This document shows, piece after piece, positions 50,871 through 60,294 of a stretch of DNA of 64,000 nt. The notes beneath the pieces are model-generated. The model was given only the letters and a program-made list of their open reading frames with translations, was not told where the DNA came from and searched no databases. The stretch's first letter is position 1; each line of letters opens with the position of its first letter. Source of the DNA: an uncultured delta proteobacterium (GTDB lineage Bacteria; Desulfobacterota; Syntrophia; Syntrophales; Smithellaceae); NCBI GenBank assembly GCA_963753975.1, contig CAVWEH010000005.1:32001-96000 (forward strand), in the 5' to 3' direction. The position numbers were made by a program, and so were the translations under genes.

Positions 50871-50997
50871 TAAGGTATTAGTAGTGTCGACTAAAAATAA
50901 CGGGCATAACTAGCCGACAGCAGAATAACCTGGAAGGCATCAAGCCTTCCCTCTTCACTCCTAGGGAGGCTCCAACCAAGCCTCCCTTTCCTTTTCT
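50871..50997 (+). ncRNA. Candidate sigma54-dependent small RNA
   Basis: No ORF. Hairpins TGTCGACTA/TAGCCGACA and GGAAGGC/GCCTTCC, single-stranded CTCTTCACTCCT, then a + strand terminator AGGGAGGCT...AGCCTCCCT-TTCCTTTTCT. Confidence 0.55.
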
Positions 50998-51007
50998 GCA
51001 AGAATAA

Positions 51008-52360
51008 TCATTTTTTATTTGCCATATCATTTTTCTTCCGCTTCCAAACGTCTATTCTTTCTTTAATGGTTTTTTCATAACCCGATCCTTTCGGTCTATA
51101 AAATACTTGCCCTTGCAGTTTTTCCGGCAAGTATTCCTGCGGAACATAAGCATCGTCATAATCGTGAGCATATTTGTAATCTTTGCCGTAATCAAGTTCT
51201 TTCATTAATCTGGTCGGTGCATTACGAATATGCAGAGGCACTGGCAAGTATCCGGTTTTATTAATTGTTTCCTTGACACTGCCAAAACCCGTATAAAGGG
51301 CATTACTTTTTGGGGCTACTGCCAGATAAACAGCAGCCTGAGCCAGAGCCAGTTCCCCCTCGGGCAAGCCGATAAAGTGGAAGGCCTGCTGCGCGGCAAC
51401 ACAAATAACTAACGCCTGCGGATCGGCATTGCCGATGTCTTCCGAAGCGAAACGTATCATGCGCCGGGCAATATAGAGAGGGTCCTCTCCGGCAACAAGC
51501 ATCCGCCCCAACCAATACAAAGCGGCATCGGGATCACTTCCACGCAAACTTTTATGGAAAGCCGAGATTAAATTATAATGTTCCTCTCCGTCCTTATCAT
51601 ATAAAAGAGCTTTTTTAAGCAGGGCTTCCTGGGCCAGCGCAAGAGAGACAACTCTTTTTTCAGAAGGCAGGCTTTGCACCATTGAAGCTATAGCTTCCAA
51701 ATTATTAAGGGCGCTGCGGGCATCGCCGTCAGCCAATCGAACGATGTAAAGAATGGTATCGCGATCCATCCGGATGCCGAGCTCTCCTAACCCTTTTTGC
51801 TTATCTTTTAGAGCATTTTCGACAATGATCACCAACTCTTCTTCGGAAAACGGCTCCAAAACCAAAACCCGCGTCCGCGATAAAAGAGGAGCAATAACTT
51901 CAAAGGAAGGATTCTCCGTAGTCGCGCCGATTAATGTAATAAGGCCGCTTTCCACATGCGGTAAAAAAGCATCTTGCTGCGCTTTGTTAAAGCGGTGGAT
52001 TTCATCAACGAAAAGGACCATCTTTTTCTTTTTTGTTTCCCACAATTCTCTGGCTTCATCGATAACCGCCCGAATTTCTTTCACTCCGGAAAGAACAGCG
52101 GAAAAGCTAATGAATTTCGATCGGGTCTCGTTGGCCAGAACTCTGGCCAGAGTAGTCTTGCCTGAACCGGGCGGCCCCCAAAAAATCATGGAAAACAGGT
52201 TATCTTCTTCAATGGCACGTCTGAGTAAACAGCCCTCCCCCAAGAGATGGGGCTGGCCGATATATTCGGAAATATTCTGCGGCCTCATTTTTTCGGCAAG
52301 CGGCGCGGCAGCCTTCGTGTCATTTAAGCCTCCTAAACTGAATAAATCCAAATTTTTCAT
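51008..52360 (-). CDS. rarA: Replication-associated recombination protein A
   Basis: PLAEKMRP, GPPGSGKTT, DEIHRFNKAQQD and ISAFHKSLRGSD motifs. Confidence 0.95.
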   Translation of the reverse strand: MKNLDLFSLGGLNDTKAAAPLAEKMRPQNISEYIGQPHLLGEGCLLRRAIEEDNLFSMIFWGPPGSGKTTLARVLANETRSKFISFSAVLSGVKEIRAVIDEARELWETKKKKMVLFVDEIHRFNKAQQDAFLPHVESGLITLIGATTENPSFEVIAPLLSRTRVLVLEPFSEEELVIIVENALKDKQKGLGELGIRMDRDTILYIVRLADGDARSALNNLEAIASMVQSLPSEKRVVSLALAQEALLKKALLYDKDGEEHYNLISAFHKSLRGSDPDAALYWLGRMLVAGEDPLYIARRMIRFASEDIGNADPQALVICVAAQQAFHFIGLPEGELALAQAAVYLAVAPKSNALYTGFGSVKETINKTGYLPVPLHIRNAPTRLMKELDYGKDYKYAHDYDDAYVPQEYLPEKLQGQVFYRPKGSGYEKTIKERIDVWKRKKNDMANKK

Positions 52361-52614
52361 TTTCTTGTCTTTGCCGCCTCAATTAACTCGATTATACTCG
52401 TCATTTTATCCTTGGGCTGAAAATTCACAACTTTTTCCCATTTCTTAGGATCTAATTTTTCTTTCAAAAACCTCCCTATGTCAGGAATAGCCATCCAGCA
52501 ACTTACAATGCGTGCGCAGGGTAACTCTCCCGCTTCCCGTAAACAGTAAGAAAAGGGGATTTCATCGCCCAATCGAGGACAGCGGATCAGCTTATTATTT
52601 ATATCCTGTTTCAT
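52357..52614 (-). CDS. Conserved hypothetical Cys-containing protein
   Basis: RCPRLG...YC...PC..I..CW. ATGA overlap with rarA. Confidence 0.75.
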   Translation of the reverse strand: MKQDINNKLIRCPRLGDEIPFSYCLREAGELPCARIVSCWMAIPDIGRFLKEKLDPKKWEKVVNFQPKDKMTSIIELIEAAKTRK

Positions 52615-52639
52615 TTTCGTTTAGATTGACGAAAAAAAG

Positions 52640-52674
52640 AAAAACCGTCAAGGTTTTTGTTCTTGACGGTTTTT
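52640..52674. terminator. Bidirectional-type terminator downstream of trpB2
   Basis: AAAAACCGTCAAG...CTTGACGGTTTTT. Confidence 0.75.
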
Positions 52675-52770
52675 AATGAGACTCAAGTTTCAAAAGCGTA
52701 GTGAGCCCCAGATTTTAGAAGTGAAGCGTACTGAAATCTGTTGGACAAACTATCCCGCAAAGCGGGGTCC
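52673..52770. repeat. Modular palindromic repeat (reverse orientation, degenerate or nested)
   Basis: TTAATGAGACTCAAGTTTCAAAAGC...CTGAAATCTGTTGGACAAACTATCCCGCAAAGCGGG. Confidence 0.65.
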
Positions 52771-52780
52771 ATACCCATGA

Positions 52781-54142
52781 TTAAGGTTTTGGAAAATCCT
52801 TGATCGCGTTCAGCGCCCGCTGGATCTCTTCATCGGGCAATTCATAAGCTTGTAACTTACCCGATAAATAGGCATCATAGGCGGCAAGATCAACCAAACC
52901 ATGACCGCTCCAATTAAAGAGGATTACCTTTTCCTTCCCTTCTTGTTTGGCGCGCTGAGCTTCATCTACAACTGCCGCCAGAACATGGTTAGTCTCCGGC
53001 GCGGGGATAAATCCTTCTGAGCGCGCCCATTTAACACCGGCGTCAAAAGTTTTCATCTGGTCATAAGCTCTTGGCTCAACCAGCTTTTCCATGATCAGAT
53101 GACTGACGATCGGCGCCATACCGTGGTAGCGCAATCCACCGGCATGAATCGGCGCGGGAATATAATCATGACCTAACGTATGCATGGGCAGCAACGGCGT
53201 AGTTTTTGCCAAGTCCCCAAAGTCATAAGCAAACGGTCCTTTCGTCATAGTCGGGCAGGATGTTGGTTCTGCTCCTACTACTTTTATATTTTTACCGTGA
53301 ATTTTATCGCAAACAAAAGGCAGGGCAAGACCGGCAAAGTTGCTGCCGCCGCCGCAACACCCCATAACCACATCGGGATATACGCCGATTTTCTGTAATT
53401 GTTTTTGCGCCTCCAAACCATTTACTGTCTGATAGAGCAGAACATGGTTTAAAACACTGCCCAATCCGTAACGCGCGTTTTGACCGGTCACGGCATCTTC
53501 AATTGCTTCGCTGATGGCGATTCCCAGAGAGCCGGGAGAATCGGGATGCTCCGCCAAAACATTTCTGCCCGCTTGCGTTAAATTACTGGGGCTGGGAATA
53601 CATTCGGCTCCCCAAGTGTTCATCATTATGCGCCGATAAGGTTTTTGATCATAACTGATCTTGACCATATAAACGCGGCATTCCAGACCAAACATTTGGG
53701 TAGCCATGGCCAATGCGCTGCCCCATTGTCCGGCGCCGGTTTCCGTAACCATTCTTTTTGTTCCAGCAACCTTATTATAATAGGCCATGGGAACGGCGGC
53801 GTTGGGTTTATGTGAACCTGCGGGGCTGACGCCTTCATGTTTGTAATAAATTTTAACAGGGCAGCCGAGCAGTTTTTCAAAATTATAAGCCCGGTAAAGA
53901 GGCGATGGACGCCAGAGCAAATACTTTTGCAATACTTCTTCGGGAATTTTTATCCAACGCTTGCTGGAAGCTTCCTGCTCAATAATGTTCATCGGGAAAA
54001 TTGCCGCCAGATCACCGGGAGTTACCGGTTGTAGGGTGCCGGGGTGCAAAGGCGGTTTCATCGGTGTAGGCAAATCCGCTACGATGTTATACCACTTTTT
54101 GGGTATTTCACGATCTTGCAGTAATACTTTTACCTGTTCCAT
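52781..54142 (-). CDS. trpB2: TrpB-like PLP enzyme (TrpB2)
   Basis: IPKKWYNI, SPAGSHKPN, ETGAGQWG and IHAGGLRYHG motifs. Confidence 0.93.
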   Translation of the reverse strand: MEQVKVLLQDREIPKKWYNIVADLPTPMKPPLHPGTLQPVTPGDLAAIFPMNIIEQEASSKRWIKIPEEVLQKYLLWRPSPLYRAYNFEKLLGCPVKIYYKHEGVSPAGSHKPNAAVPMAYYNKVAGTKRMVTETGAGQWGSALAMATQMFGLECRVYMVKISYDQKPYRRIMMNTWGAECIPSPSNLTQAGRNVLAEHPDSPGSLGIAISEAIEDAVTGQNARYGLGSVLNHVLLYQTVNGLEAQKQLQKIGVYPDVVMGCCGGGSNFAGLALPFVCDKIHGKNIKVVGAEPTSCPTMTKGPFAYDFGDLAKTTPLLPMHTLGHDYIPAPIHAGGLRYHGMAPIVSHLIMEKLVEPRAYDQMKTFDAGVKWARSEGFIPAPETNHVLAAVVDEAQRAKQEGKEKVILFNWSGHGLVDLAAYDAYLSGKLQAYELPDEEIQRALNAIKDFPKP

Positions 54143-54180
54143 AATTATTCTCCTTCCAATAATTGTTTGACAATGCGCCT

Positions 54181-54219
54181 AAAAAAAATGCCATGGAATG
54201 TTCTTCTTCCCATGGCATT
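54181..54219 (-). terminator. Attenuator terminator upstream of trpB2
   Basis: Minus strand AATGCCATGGGA...TTCCATGGCATT followed by a U-tract. Confidence 0.78.
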
Positions 54220-54280
54220 GCCATCACTTTTTGGAATCATGGGAAGGAGCTTCCCTGCCCACACTCCTTTTTGTCCGAGG

Positions 54281-54343
54281 CTATGGGCAGACATTGTCCA
54301 AAGTCTGCCACCACCAGTTATTGTTGGAAATATTCATCAGCAT
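54281..54343 (-). CDS. Trp-rich leader peptide of trpB2, MLMNISNNNWWWQTLDNVCP
   Basis: Three tandem TGG codons in a 20-aa ORF ~140 nt upstream of trpB2, followed by a terminator. Confidence 0.82.
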   Translation of the reverse strand: MLMNISNNNWWWQTLDNVCP

Positions 54344-54444
54344 TTTTTCAACTCAAACTTACCCTTTAAAGTGCAATTTGCCTAACACAACGAATAAATG
54401 ATTGTCAAGTCGAAAATTTAATATAAAAAGACAAGAAGTATATT

Positions 54445-55020
54445 TCATTGATTTTCAGTCTGATTATGCAATGCAAGTTCAAGAAGGTTTACACCTCGAT
54501 ACATTTGTTTCCGAAGGGCATTGTTCATCGATATGCACTCGATAAAATTCTTCCTCAAGACCCCGTCATCAAGGCGCCTCTCATCTGCTACCGGCAGCAA
54601 GGGGAAATACGCTATAAAAATCTCCGCAAATATTCCCGTCCCGTTCATCGCGTGTATCGTATTTTCATTATATATTTTAACCTGGCTAACTCCACAACTG
54701 GGAGAATCGCTTTTAAAAATAAATCCGCAAAGTGCTTGCTTCTTAAGCTGAGTAACGTGCTTTCTCGTCCATGCCACCATGCGTTTGGTCATATCCTGCT
54801 TCGTGTCGGTCGTAACTAACCGGGGGAAAGCAGGATCGCCTTCCAAATGCATCGATTCTCGCGGCACGCCAAGACCGCATTCGACCTCGGGGCAGACCGA
54901 AACATATTCTATATATCTGCCCCATGTATCCCTGAGAAAATGGTCGAGCTTGTGCCCCCCATCATAGCGCACATTTTCGCCAAGCAAGCATGAGCTTATG
55001 CCTAACTTTATTTTTTCCAT
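54445..55020 (-). CDS. DUF523 (2-thiouracil desulfurase-like) protein
   Basis: GISSCLLGENVRYDGGH, CPEVECGLGVPRE and KSDSPSCG motifs. Confidence 0.85.
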   Translation of the reverse strand: MEKIKLGISSCLLGENVRYDGGHKLDHFLRDTWGRYIEYVSVCPEVECGLGVPRESMHLEGDPAFPRLVTTDTKQDMTKRMVAWTRKHVTQLKKQALCGFIFKSDSPSCGVSQVKIYNENTIHAMNGTGIFAEIFIAYFPLLPVADERRLDDGVLRKNFIECISMNNALRKQMYRGVNLLELALHNQTENQ

Positions 55021-55178
55021 TTCATTGTTCCGAGTTACCGCTAACTACATGCAGATAAAGATTGCAGACTGGCTCGGTCAGCCCTGAACATCCGTCAACG
55101 GCAGACTTAACTTATACATTCGATCAATGACGGGTATTTTATCTGTTCGAAAGTTTATCCGCTTTATTCATTATCTCA

Positions 55179-56372
55179 TTAAGCGAAAAAATCTTTATCG
55201 CGGCGATACCAATAATCGGGAATAAGGCGATACATAATCCTGGACATAGGCCCAATATATTCTCGCGTTCTTTTGTCATACTGGCAGGCCTTAATGATCA
55301 TATCTTTTATATTGTTTTTGTTGCCCACTTCATTAAATATCCGGTACGCAGAGGAAAAAAGCGGACTGTACATGTTTTTCTTTTCTAAATATTTATAAAC
55401 GTTCCTTACCGTATTGGGACCTTCCGGCATACCGTCAATTCTTTCCAATACGCGCAAATTAGTTTCAATGGGATTGCCTGTATAAAGTTCATAAAAATAT
55501 TTGCCATAGCGGTAATTTTTGCTGGCCATGGATGACATAGTCACGTACAAGTCTCCCACACCTGCCTGGCTGTGGAAAGCCTGAAAATGTCCGCCCAAAA
55601 TACGAGACAAAGAACGAATTTCCACGCCGGCACGGGCAAATATGGTGCCCGGAATAGAATCACCCAGTTCCATGGAATCAGCCATTCCCTTAATATTGGC
55701 CACGATATTTTTCAGTGCTCCGCAAGCTTCCACGCCGACAACATCAAAGTTATAATAGGTATTTAGTTCTTTTCGATTAAACTTAAGCAAATCTTCCCGG
55801 ACAATATTTGCTATTCGCCTTTTACCGGCTACAGTAAGACAAACGGGATTTCCCAAAGCTATATCCACGTCAAAAAACGGCCCGCCAATACATACTACCT
55901 GATACTTATGCTTCACTTTATAGAGGTTATTGTCGATTAGTTGTGAAGGTGTAATCAGTTCCTTGAAGATCTCATCGGAGATCAAACCCTTTATTGGAGA
56001 TATAAGACACGTATCACCAGCTTTTTTATCAATTAGTGGTTTAAGGTAATTAATGAATTCCGGCAGACGATTCATTGTTATTGCTAAAATAATGAAATCA
56101 TTATTTTCAACTACATATTCCAAATCATTTGTGGCATAAACTTTTGGTGATAGACGTGGAATATTTTCCATCCGCCCCAGGCGATTCGCTAAATCTTTCG
56201 TCAAATGAATGGGATTTAAATGATCCCTGTTGATTGCCTTGCAGACTTCCGAATCATGGTAATATATGGTTACGCGCTTTTTATCGCGTCCCAGTTTATA
56301 AGCAAAAGAAGTGCCCAGGCGACCAGGTCCGATAATAGCCACCTTTGTTGTATCAAAATTAGAAATCATCAT
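55179..56372 (-). CDS. NAD(P)H-dependent glycerol-3-phosphate dehydrogenase-like protein (divergent GpsA family)
   Basis: GPGRLG, KG, GALKNIVA and GVGDL...SKNYRYG motifs. Confidence 0.75.
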   Translation of the reverse strand: MMISNFDTTKVAIIGPGRLGTSFAYKLGRDKKRVTIYYHDSEVCKAINRDHLNPIHLTKDLANRLGRMENIPRLSPKVYATNDLEYVVENNDFIILAITMNRLPEFINYLKPLIDKKAGDTCLISPIKGLISDEIFKELITPSQLIDNNLYKVKHKYQVVCIGGPFFDVDIALGNPVCLTVAGKRRIANIVREDLLKFNRKELNTYYNFDVVGVEACGALKNIVANIKGMADSMELGDSIPGTIFARAGVEIRSLSRILGGHFQAFHSQAGVGDLYVTMSSMASKNYRYGKYFYELYTGNPIETNLRVLERIDGMPEGPNTVRNVYKYLEKKNMYSPLFSSAYRIFNEVGNKNNIKDMIIKACQYDKRTREYIGPMSRIMYRLIPDYWYRRDKDFFA

Positions 56373-56658
56373 TAATTTTACCCTTTATCACAATTTTGAG
56401 TTATTATAGGAAATAATATTCAACTGTCAAACTATAATAGCTTCTTCCAAAAGCGGTTAGATTTATCAATAATTCATTTTTTAGTTGCATTATCATAAAG
56501 GATTGTTTAAAAAAAGCTTTGTCTTCATACGCTTCGTCCAGCATGCCCAAGCGTTGCTTTCGGAATCGGAGTTTTACTATAAGCGATCCGCTGATGATTC
56601 GTTCAATATTTTAAATTGCTTCGGAAATCTTTAACTATGCAGTTGAGATTACATTTTT

Positions 56659-57324
56659 ATGTCCAAATCTGACGTTGCTCTAGAAGAAAAAAATTTGTTT
56701 TTCCCCAATGGATCTATAAAAGAAAGAAAATTCCTGCAGGAAGGCAAATTGGAAGGGGAATATACTTCCTACTTCAACAATGGTCAAATAATGGCGCAAT
56801 TGCACTTTATCCGTGGCAAGAAAAACGGAGCCGCGATTACATATTACCATAACGGTCAAGTGAGAGAAAAAGTAAATTTCGCCAATGACAAAATGGACGG
56901 ACCCTACATTTCTTATTACGAAAACGGCAACATCAGGGAAGAGGAAAATTACGGGGAAGGTAAGCTGGATGGCCAATATGAAATTTATTACAAAACCGGC
57001 CAGTTAAAAGAAGTAGAAAATTTTAAAAATGGCAAATTTAACGGAGAATATATCTGCTATTATAAAAGCGGACAAATTAAGGAAAAAGGATATTTTATAA
57101 ACGACAAACGCGAAGGTGAATACATAGCTTATTTCAAAAACGGGCAGATAAGGGAACAGGCTACTTACAAAAATGGAAATCTTGCAGGTAAATTTTTGTC
57201 TTTCACTGAAAATCTTTCCAGCGAACCGGGCAAAGGTAGCGACGCTTCCGACGATATTCGAGATGAAAAAGATATTGCCGCTTTGCTTCAAGATTTAGCC
57301 GGTTTCGATAAAAAAGAAAAGTGA
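56659..57324 (+). CDS. MORN-variant repeat protein (YwqK-like)
   Basis: Repeated G.Y.SYY.NGQI.E...F..GK units. Confidence 0.85.
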   Translation: MSKSDVALEEKNLFFPNGSIKERKFLQEGKLEGEYTSYFNNGQIMAQLHFIRGKKNGAAITYYHNGQVREKVNFANDKMDGPYISYYENGNIREEENYGEGKLDGQYEIYYKTGQLKEVENFKNGKFNGEYICYYKSGQIKEKGYFINDKREGEYIAYFKNGQIREQATYKNGNLAGKFLSFTENLSSEPGKGSDASDDIRDEKDIAALLQDLAGFDKKEK

Positions 57325-57354
57325 CCATGCTTGTGTTATAGAGAAAAAAATATC

Positions 57355-58194
57355 ATGATAAAGAAAATTCTTATTCCTACCGATGGCTCCACCAATAGCC
57401 TCACGACTTTGGAATATGGAATTTATGTCGCCCGTAAACTCAACGCCTCTTTAATCGGTCTTTACGTTTTGGATGTGAATTTGATCCAGGGCCCGATGCT
57501 TACCGATATTTTCGGTTCTGTCGGAATGCCGCCTTACGACGGTTTTTTCGATGCAGTGGAAATATCTCTTAACGAAAAAGCGGACTTTATTTTAAAAGCT
57601 TTCCGCGAGCGCTGTCAGGAATCAGGAATTAATGCTGAAGTAAAAAAACCAATCGGTAAAATCAATCAAATAATTATCGAAGAATCTCAAGGTGTCGATT
57701 TAATTCTGATGACGAAAGAAGGTGAACACTTCCACTTAAAGGAAGGCGGACTTCTTGGTTCAATAGCCGAAGCCGTTGTCCGCAATTCAGGGAACCCGGT
57801 GCTGATCACTCCCGAAACTTTCTTGGAAATAGAAAGTATGGGACTTGCTTACGACGGCAGCGTTCCGGCCGCAAAAGCTTTAAAACTTTCTTTGGAATTA
57901 TCCGAACAAGCTTCCTGGCCGCTGACAGTTGTGACTATCAACGAGGATGCTGATAAGGCCGATAAGCTTTGTACCGAAGCAGAGGAGCTTATCGGAAAAT
58001 ACAGTGCTGATTGCGAAATTATTATTATGCAGGGCAAAGAAGGAGAAGAAATAATTAAGTTTATAAAAGAAGGATCAGTGGAATTAATGGTCATGGGAGC
58101 TTATGGTCATAATCGTCTGCGCGAATTATTCTTGGGCAGTACGACTACTCATATCATCCGCAAAAGCCCTATTCCTGTTTTACTCACGCACTAA
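57355..58194 (+). CDS. Tandem universal stress protein
   Basis: KKILIPTDGS, LAYDGS and MGAYGH...FLGSTT motifs. Confidence 0.9.
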   Translation: MIKKILIPTDGSTNSLTTLEYGIYVARKLNASLIGLYVLDVNLIQGPMLTDIFGSVGMPPYDGFFDAVEISLNEKADFILKAFRERCQESGINAEVKKPIGKINQIIIEESQGVDLILMTKEGEHFHLKEGGLLGSIAEAVVRNSGNPVLITPETFLEIESMGLAYDGSVPAAKALKLSLELSEQASWPLTVVTINEDADKADKLCTEAEELIGKYSADCEIIIMQGKEGEEIIKFIKEGSVELMVMGAYGHNRLRELFLGSTTTHIIRKSPIPVLLTH

Positions 58195-58208
58195 TTGTAT
58201 TCTTTACT

Positions 58209-58973
58209 CTAAAGCTCTTTATCGAGAACCATTTGTTGCAATGTGTCCAGCAAATCGTATCTGGTCAAATCGTATTGAATCGGTGTAATCGTGATAAAGC
58301 CGGAAGCCAAGGCTGCAACATCTGTATCTTCATTTCGTGCCTTGGGTGAATATTCCCCGGAAATCCAGTAATAAGTATTTTCTCTTGGATCCACCCGTTT
58401 TTCAAAAGTTTCGACAATATTGTTTTTGTTTTGCCGGACAACTACGACCCCTTTGATTTTCTCGCGGGGAAGGCAGGGGATATTAACATTAATCGCACTT
58501 CCTTTAAGTTCCGGACTGCCCAAGATTAACCGGGTCATCTTGCGGGCAAACTTGGCGGCATAGGTAAAATCAGCTTCCTTATGAGTATCGAGGGAAATAG
58601 CCATTGAGGGAACGCCCATGATTACCGCTTCAGTTGCCGCCGATACTGTTCCCGAATAAAGGACATTGATCCCTGCATTAGAGCCCCGATTGATGCCCGA
58701 CACAACCATGTCCACCGGCTTTTGGGCTAACTCTTTGATGCCTATTTTGACACAATCCGCCGGCGTCCCATAAACAGCATAACCTAAAAATTTTCCGTTT
58801 TTTGTGGCGCGGCGCACCATCAGGGGACGAAAAATAGTAATAGCATGCCCTACGGCACTCTGTTCGATTTCCGGGGCAACAATCAAACAATCCGCCTCCC
58901 GGGAAAGCTCGTCATAAAGAGAGCTTAAGCCTTTGGCATATATTCCGTCATCATTAGTAAGTAAGAATCGCAT
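58209..58973 (-). CDS. surE: 5'/3'-nucleotidase SurE
   Basis: LLTNDDGI, GTPADCV and SGINRGSN...YSGTVSAA motifs. Confidence 0.95.
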   Translation of the reverse strand: MRFLLTNDDGIYAKGLSSLYDELSREADCLIVAPEIEQSAVGHAITIFRPLMVRRATKNGKFLGYAVYGTPADCVKIGIKELAQKPVDMVVSGINRGSNAGINVLYSGTVSAATEAVIMGVPSMAISLDTHKEADFTYAAKFARKMTRLILGSPELKGSAINVNIPCLPREKIKGVVVVRQNKNNIVETFEKRVDPRENTYYWISGEYSPKARNEDTDVAALASGFITITPIQYDLTRYDLLDTLQQMVLDKEL

Positions 58974-59028
58974 TCCCCCCAACTTTATATCTTTCGGTCT
59001 TCGGTCTTCAGCCTATCCACCTAAATCG

Positions 59029-60294
59029 CTATTTTACCTGCTCCAATTTTCCGTTATTAACTCTTAATATAAAAGGAGTCTTTTGAGCAACTCTATCCGG
59101 ACCAAAAGATATATTTCCCGTTGCGCCCTTATAATTTTCCACTTTTATTAAGGCATTGATGAATTCTTGACGCGTTTGAATGTCTTCATTTTCCAAGACA
59201 TTAAAGATTATTCCGGCCGTATCATACGCTAACGCCTCGATACTTTCCGGATCACGGCTATAAGCCGTGTAATAAGCGTCGACAAAGTCGTTTGTTTCCG
59301 GATAAAAGCTATTAACAAAAAAACTGTCGACAAAAACAGCTCCTTCCAGATAATCCGAATTATTTTTTAACAAATACGGCGAATTCCACAAGCTGGTGCC
59401 CAGAAGCTTAATGCCTTTCACATCATAAAAAGCAAGCTGAGAAGTTATCATCCTGACTCGCCGATACGAATCGGGAATAAATAAAGCTTCAAAATCAAGG
59501 GCTAATGGAGTTTTTACTTCCGGTTTTTTAGAAGACATTTTCTTTGCAGTGCTGATAAGATTGCCGGTGACTTTATCAATTTGTTCCGTAAAATCCGTCT
59601 GACTTTTGTTGTAAGGTATTGCCCTTTCCACTTTACCCCCCTCACGCACTGCTTCCGCACGGAAAATTTTCACCATTTCCTCTCCATAGTCGTCCTTCGG
59701 ATATAAAATAGAAAATATTGCGCAATTCAAATCATCCAGGGCATATTTAACTATAGCCCTGATTTGTTGGGTAGGCGTCAAGAAGTGCTGGAAGACATAT
59801 TCGCTTGAGGAGGTAATTCCTTCTTTGGAGGTTATCAGGACTATTGGAACTTCCCACTTATTAGCTTCACGGGCAGCTTCGATAGCATCCTCTGTTCCAG
59901 TGACGGCAACAATCGCCATAACATTTTCAGTATTGGCCAAATGTTCTACGGCCGCTCTTGCTCCCTCCGGCAAACCGCGGGAATCTTCCGCAACAACCCT
60001 CCACAAAGTGCTCTTTCCCCCATCAAACATACCCGCAGATAATAAAATTGCATCCAGTGCTTTGCTTCCTAAATCAGCATACGGGCCGGATAGAGGCAGC
60101 ACACACCCTAAGGTATAGCGATTATATCCGACCACCGGAGGTTTCACTGGGGGAAGTATGGCTTCCGGCGGTTTTACTTCCGTAGGCGGGCTCGGAGCAG
60201 GTTCCTGAACAATAATTCTTGGCTGGGCGCAGCAGGCGATAAAAAAAACTAGCAGCAAAATAAATATTTTGACCAAAATCCGATAATTTTTCAT
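59029..60294 (-). CDS. LppC/LpoA-like periplasmic binding-fold lipoprotein
   Basis: Lipobox, GCVLPLSG, EALFIPD, ALAYD and GATGNISF motifs. Confidence 0.75.
   Translation of the reverse strand: MKNYRILVKIFILLLVFFIACCAQPRIIVQEPAPSPPTEVKPPEAILPPVKPPVVGYNRYTLGCVLPLSGPYADLGSKALDAILLSAGMFDGGKSTLWRVVAEDSRGLPEGARAAVEHLANTENVMAIVAVTGTEDAIEAAREANKWEVPIVLITSKEGITSSSEYVFQHFLTPTQQIRAIVKYALDDLNCAIFSILYPKDDYGEEMVKIFRAEAVREGGKVERAIPYNKSQTDFTEQIDKVTGNLISTAKKMSSKKPEVKTPLALDFEALFIPDSYRRVRMITSQLAFYDVKGIKLLGTSLWNSPYLLKNNSDYLEGAVFVDSFFVNSFYPETNDFVDAYYTAYSRDPESIEALAYDTAGIIFNVLENEDIQTRQEFINALIKVENYKGATGNISFGPDRVAQKTPFILRVNNGKLEQVK

Noticed and set aside
13819..52770. Palindromic repeats as integron attC sites
   Set aside because: Some begin with YAAC, but they end in CATT rather than GTTRRRY, several lie inside housekeeping operons (trp), and no integron integrase is present.
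56700..57200. Periodic sequence suggesting a DNA repeat array
   Set aside because: It reflects MORN-variant protein repeats.
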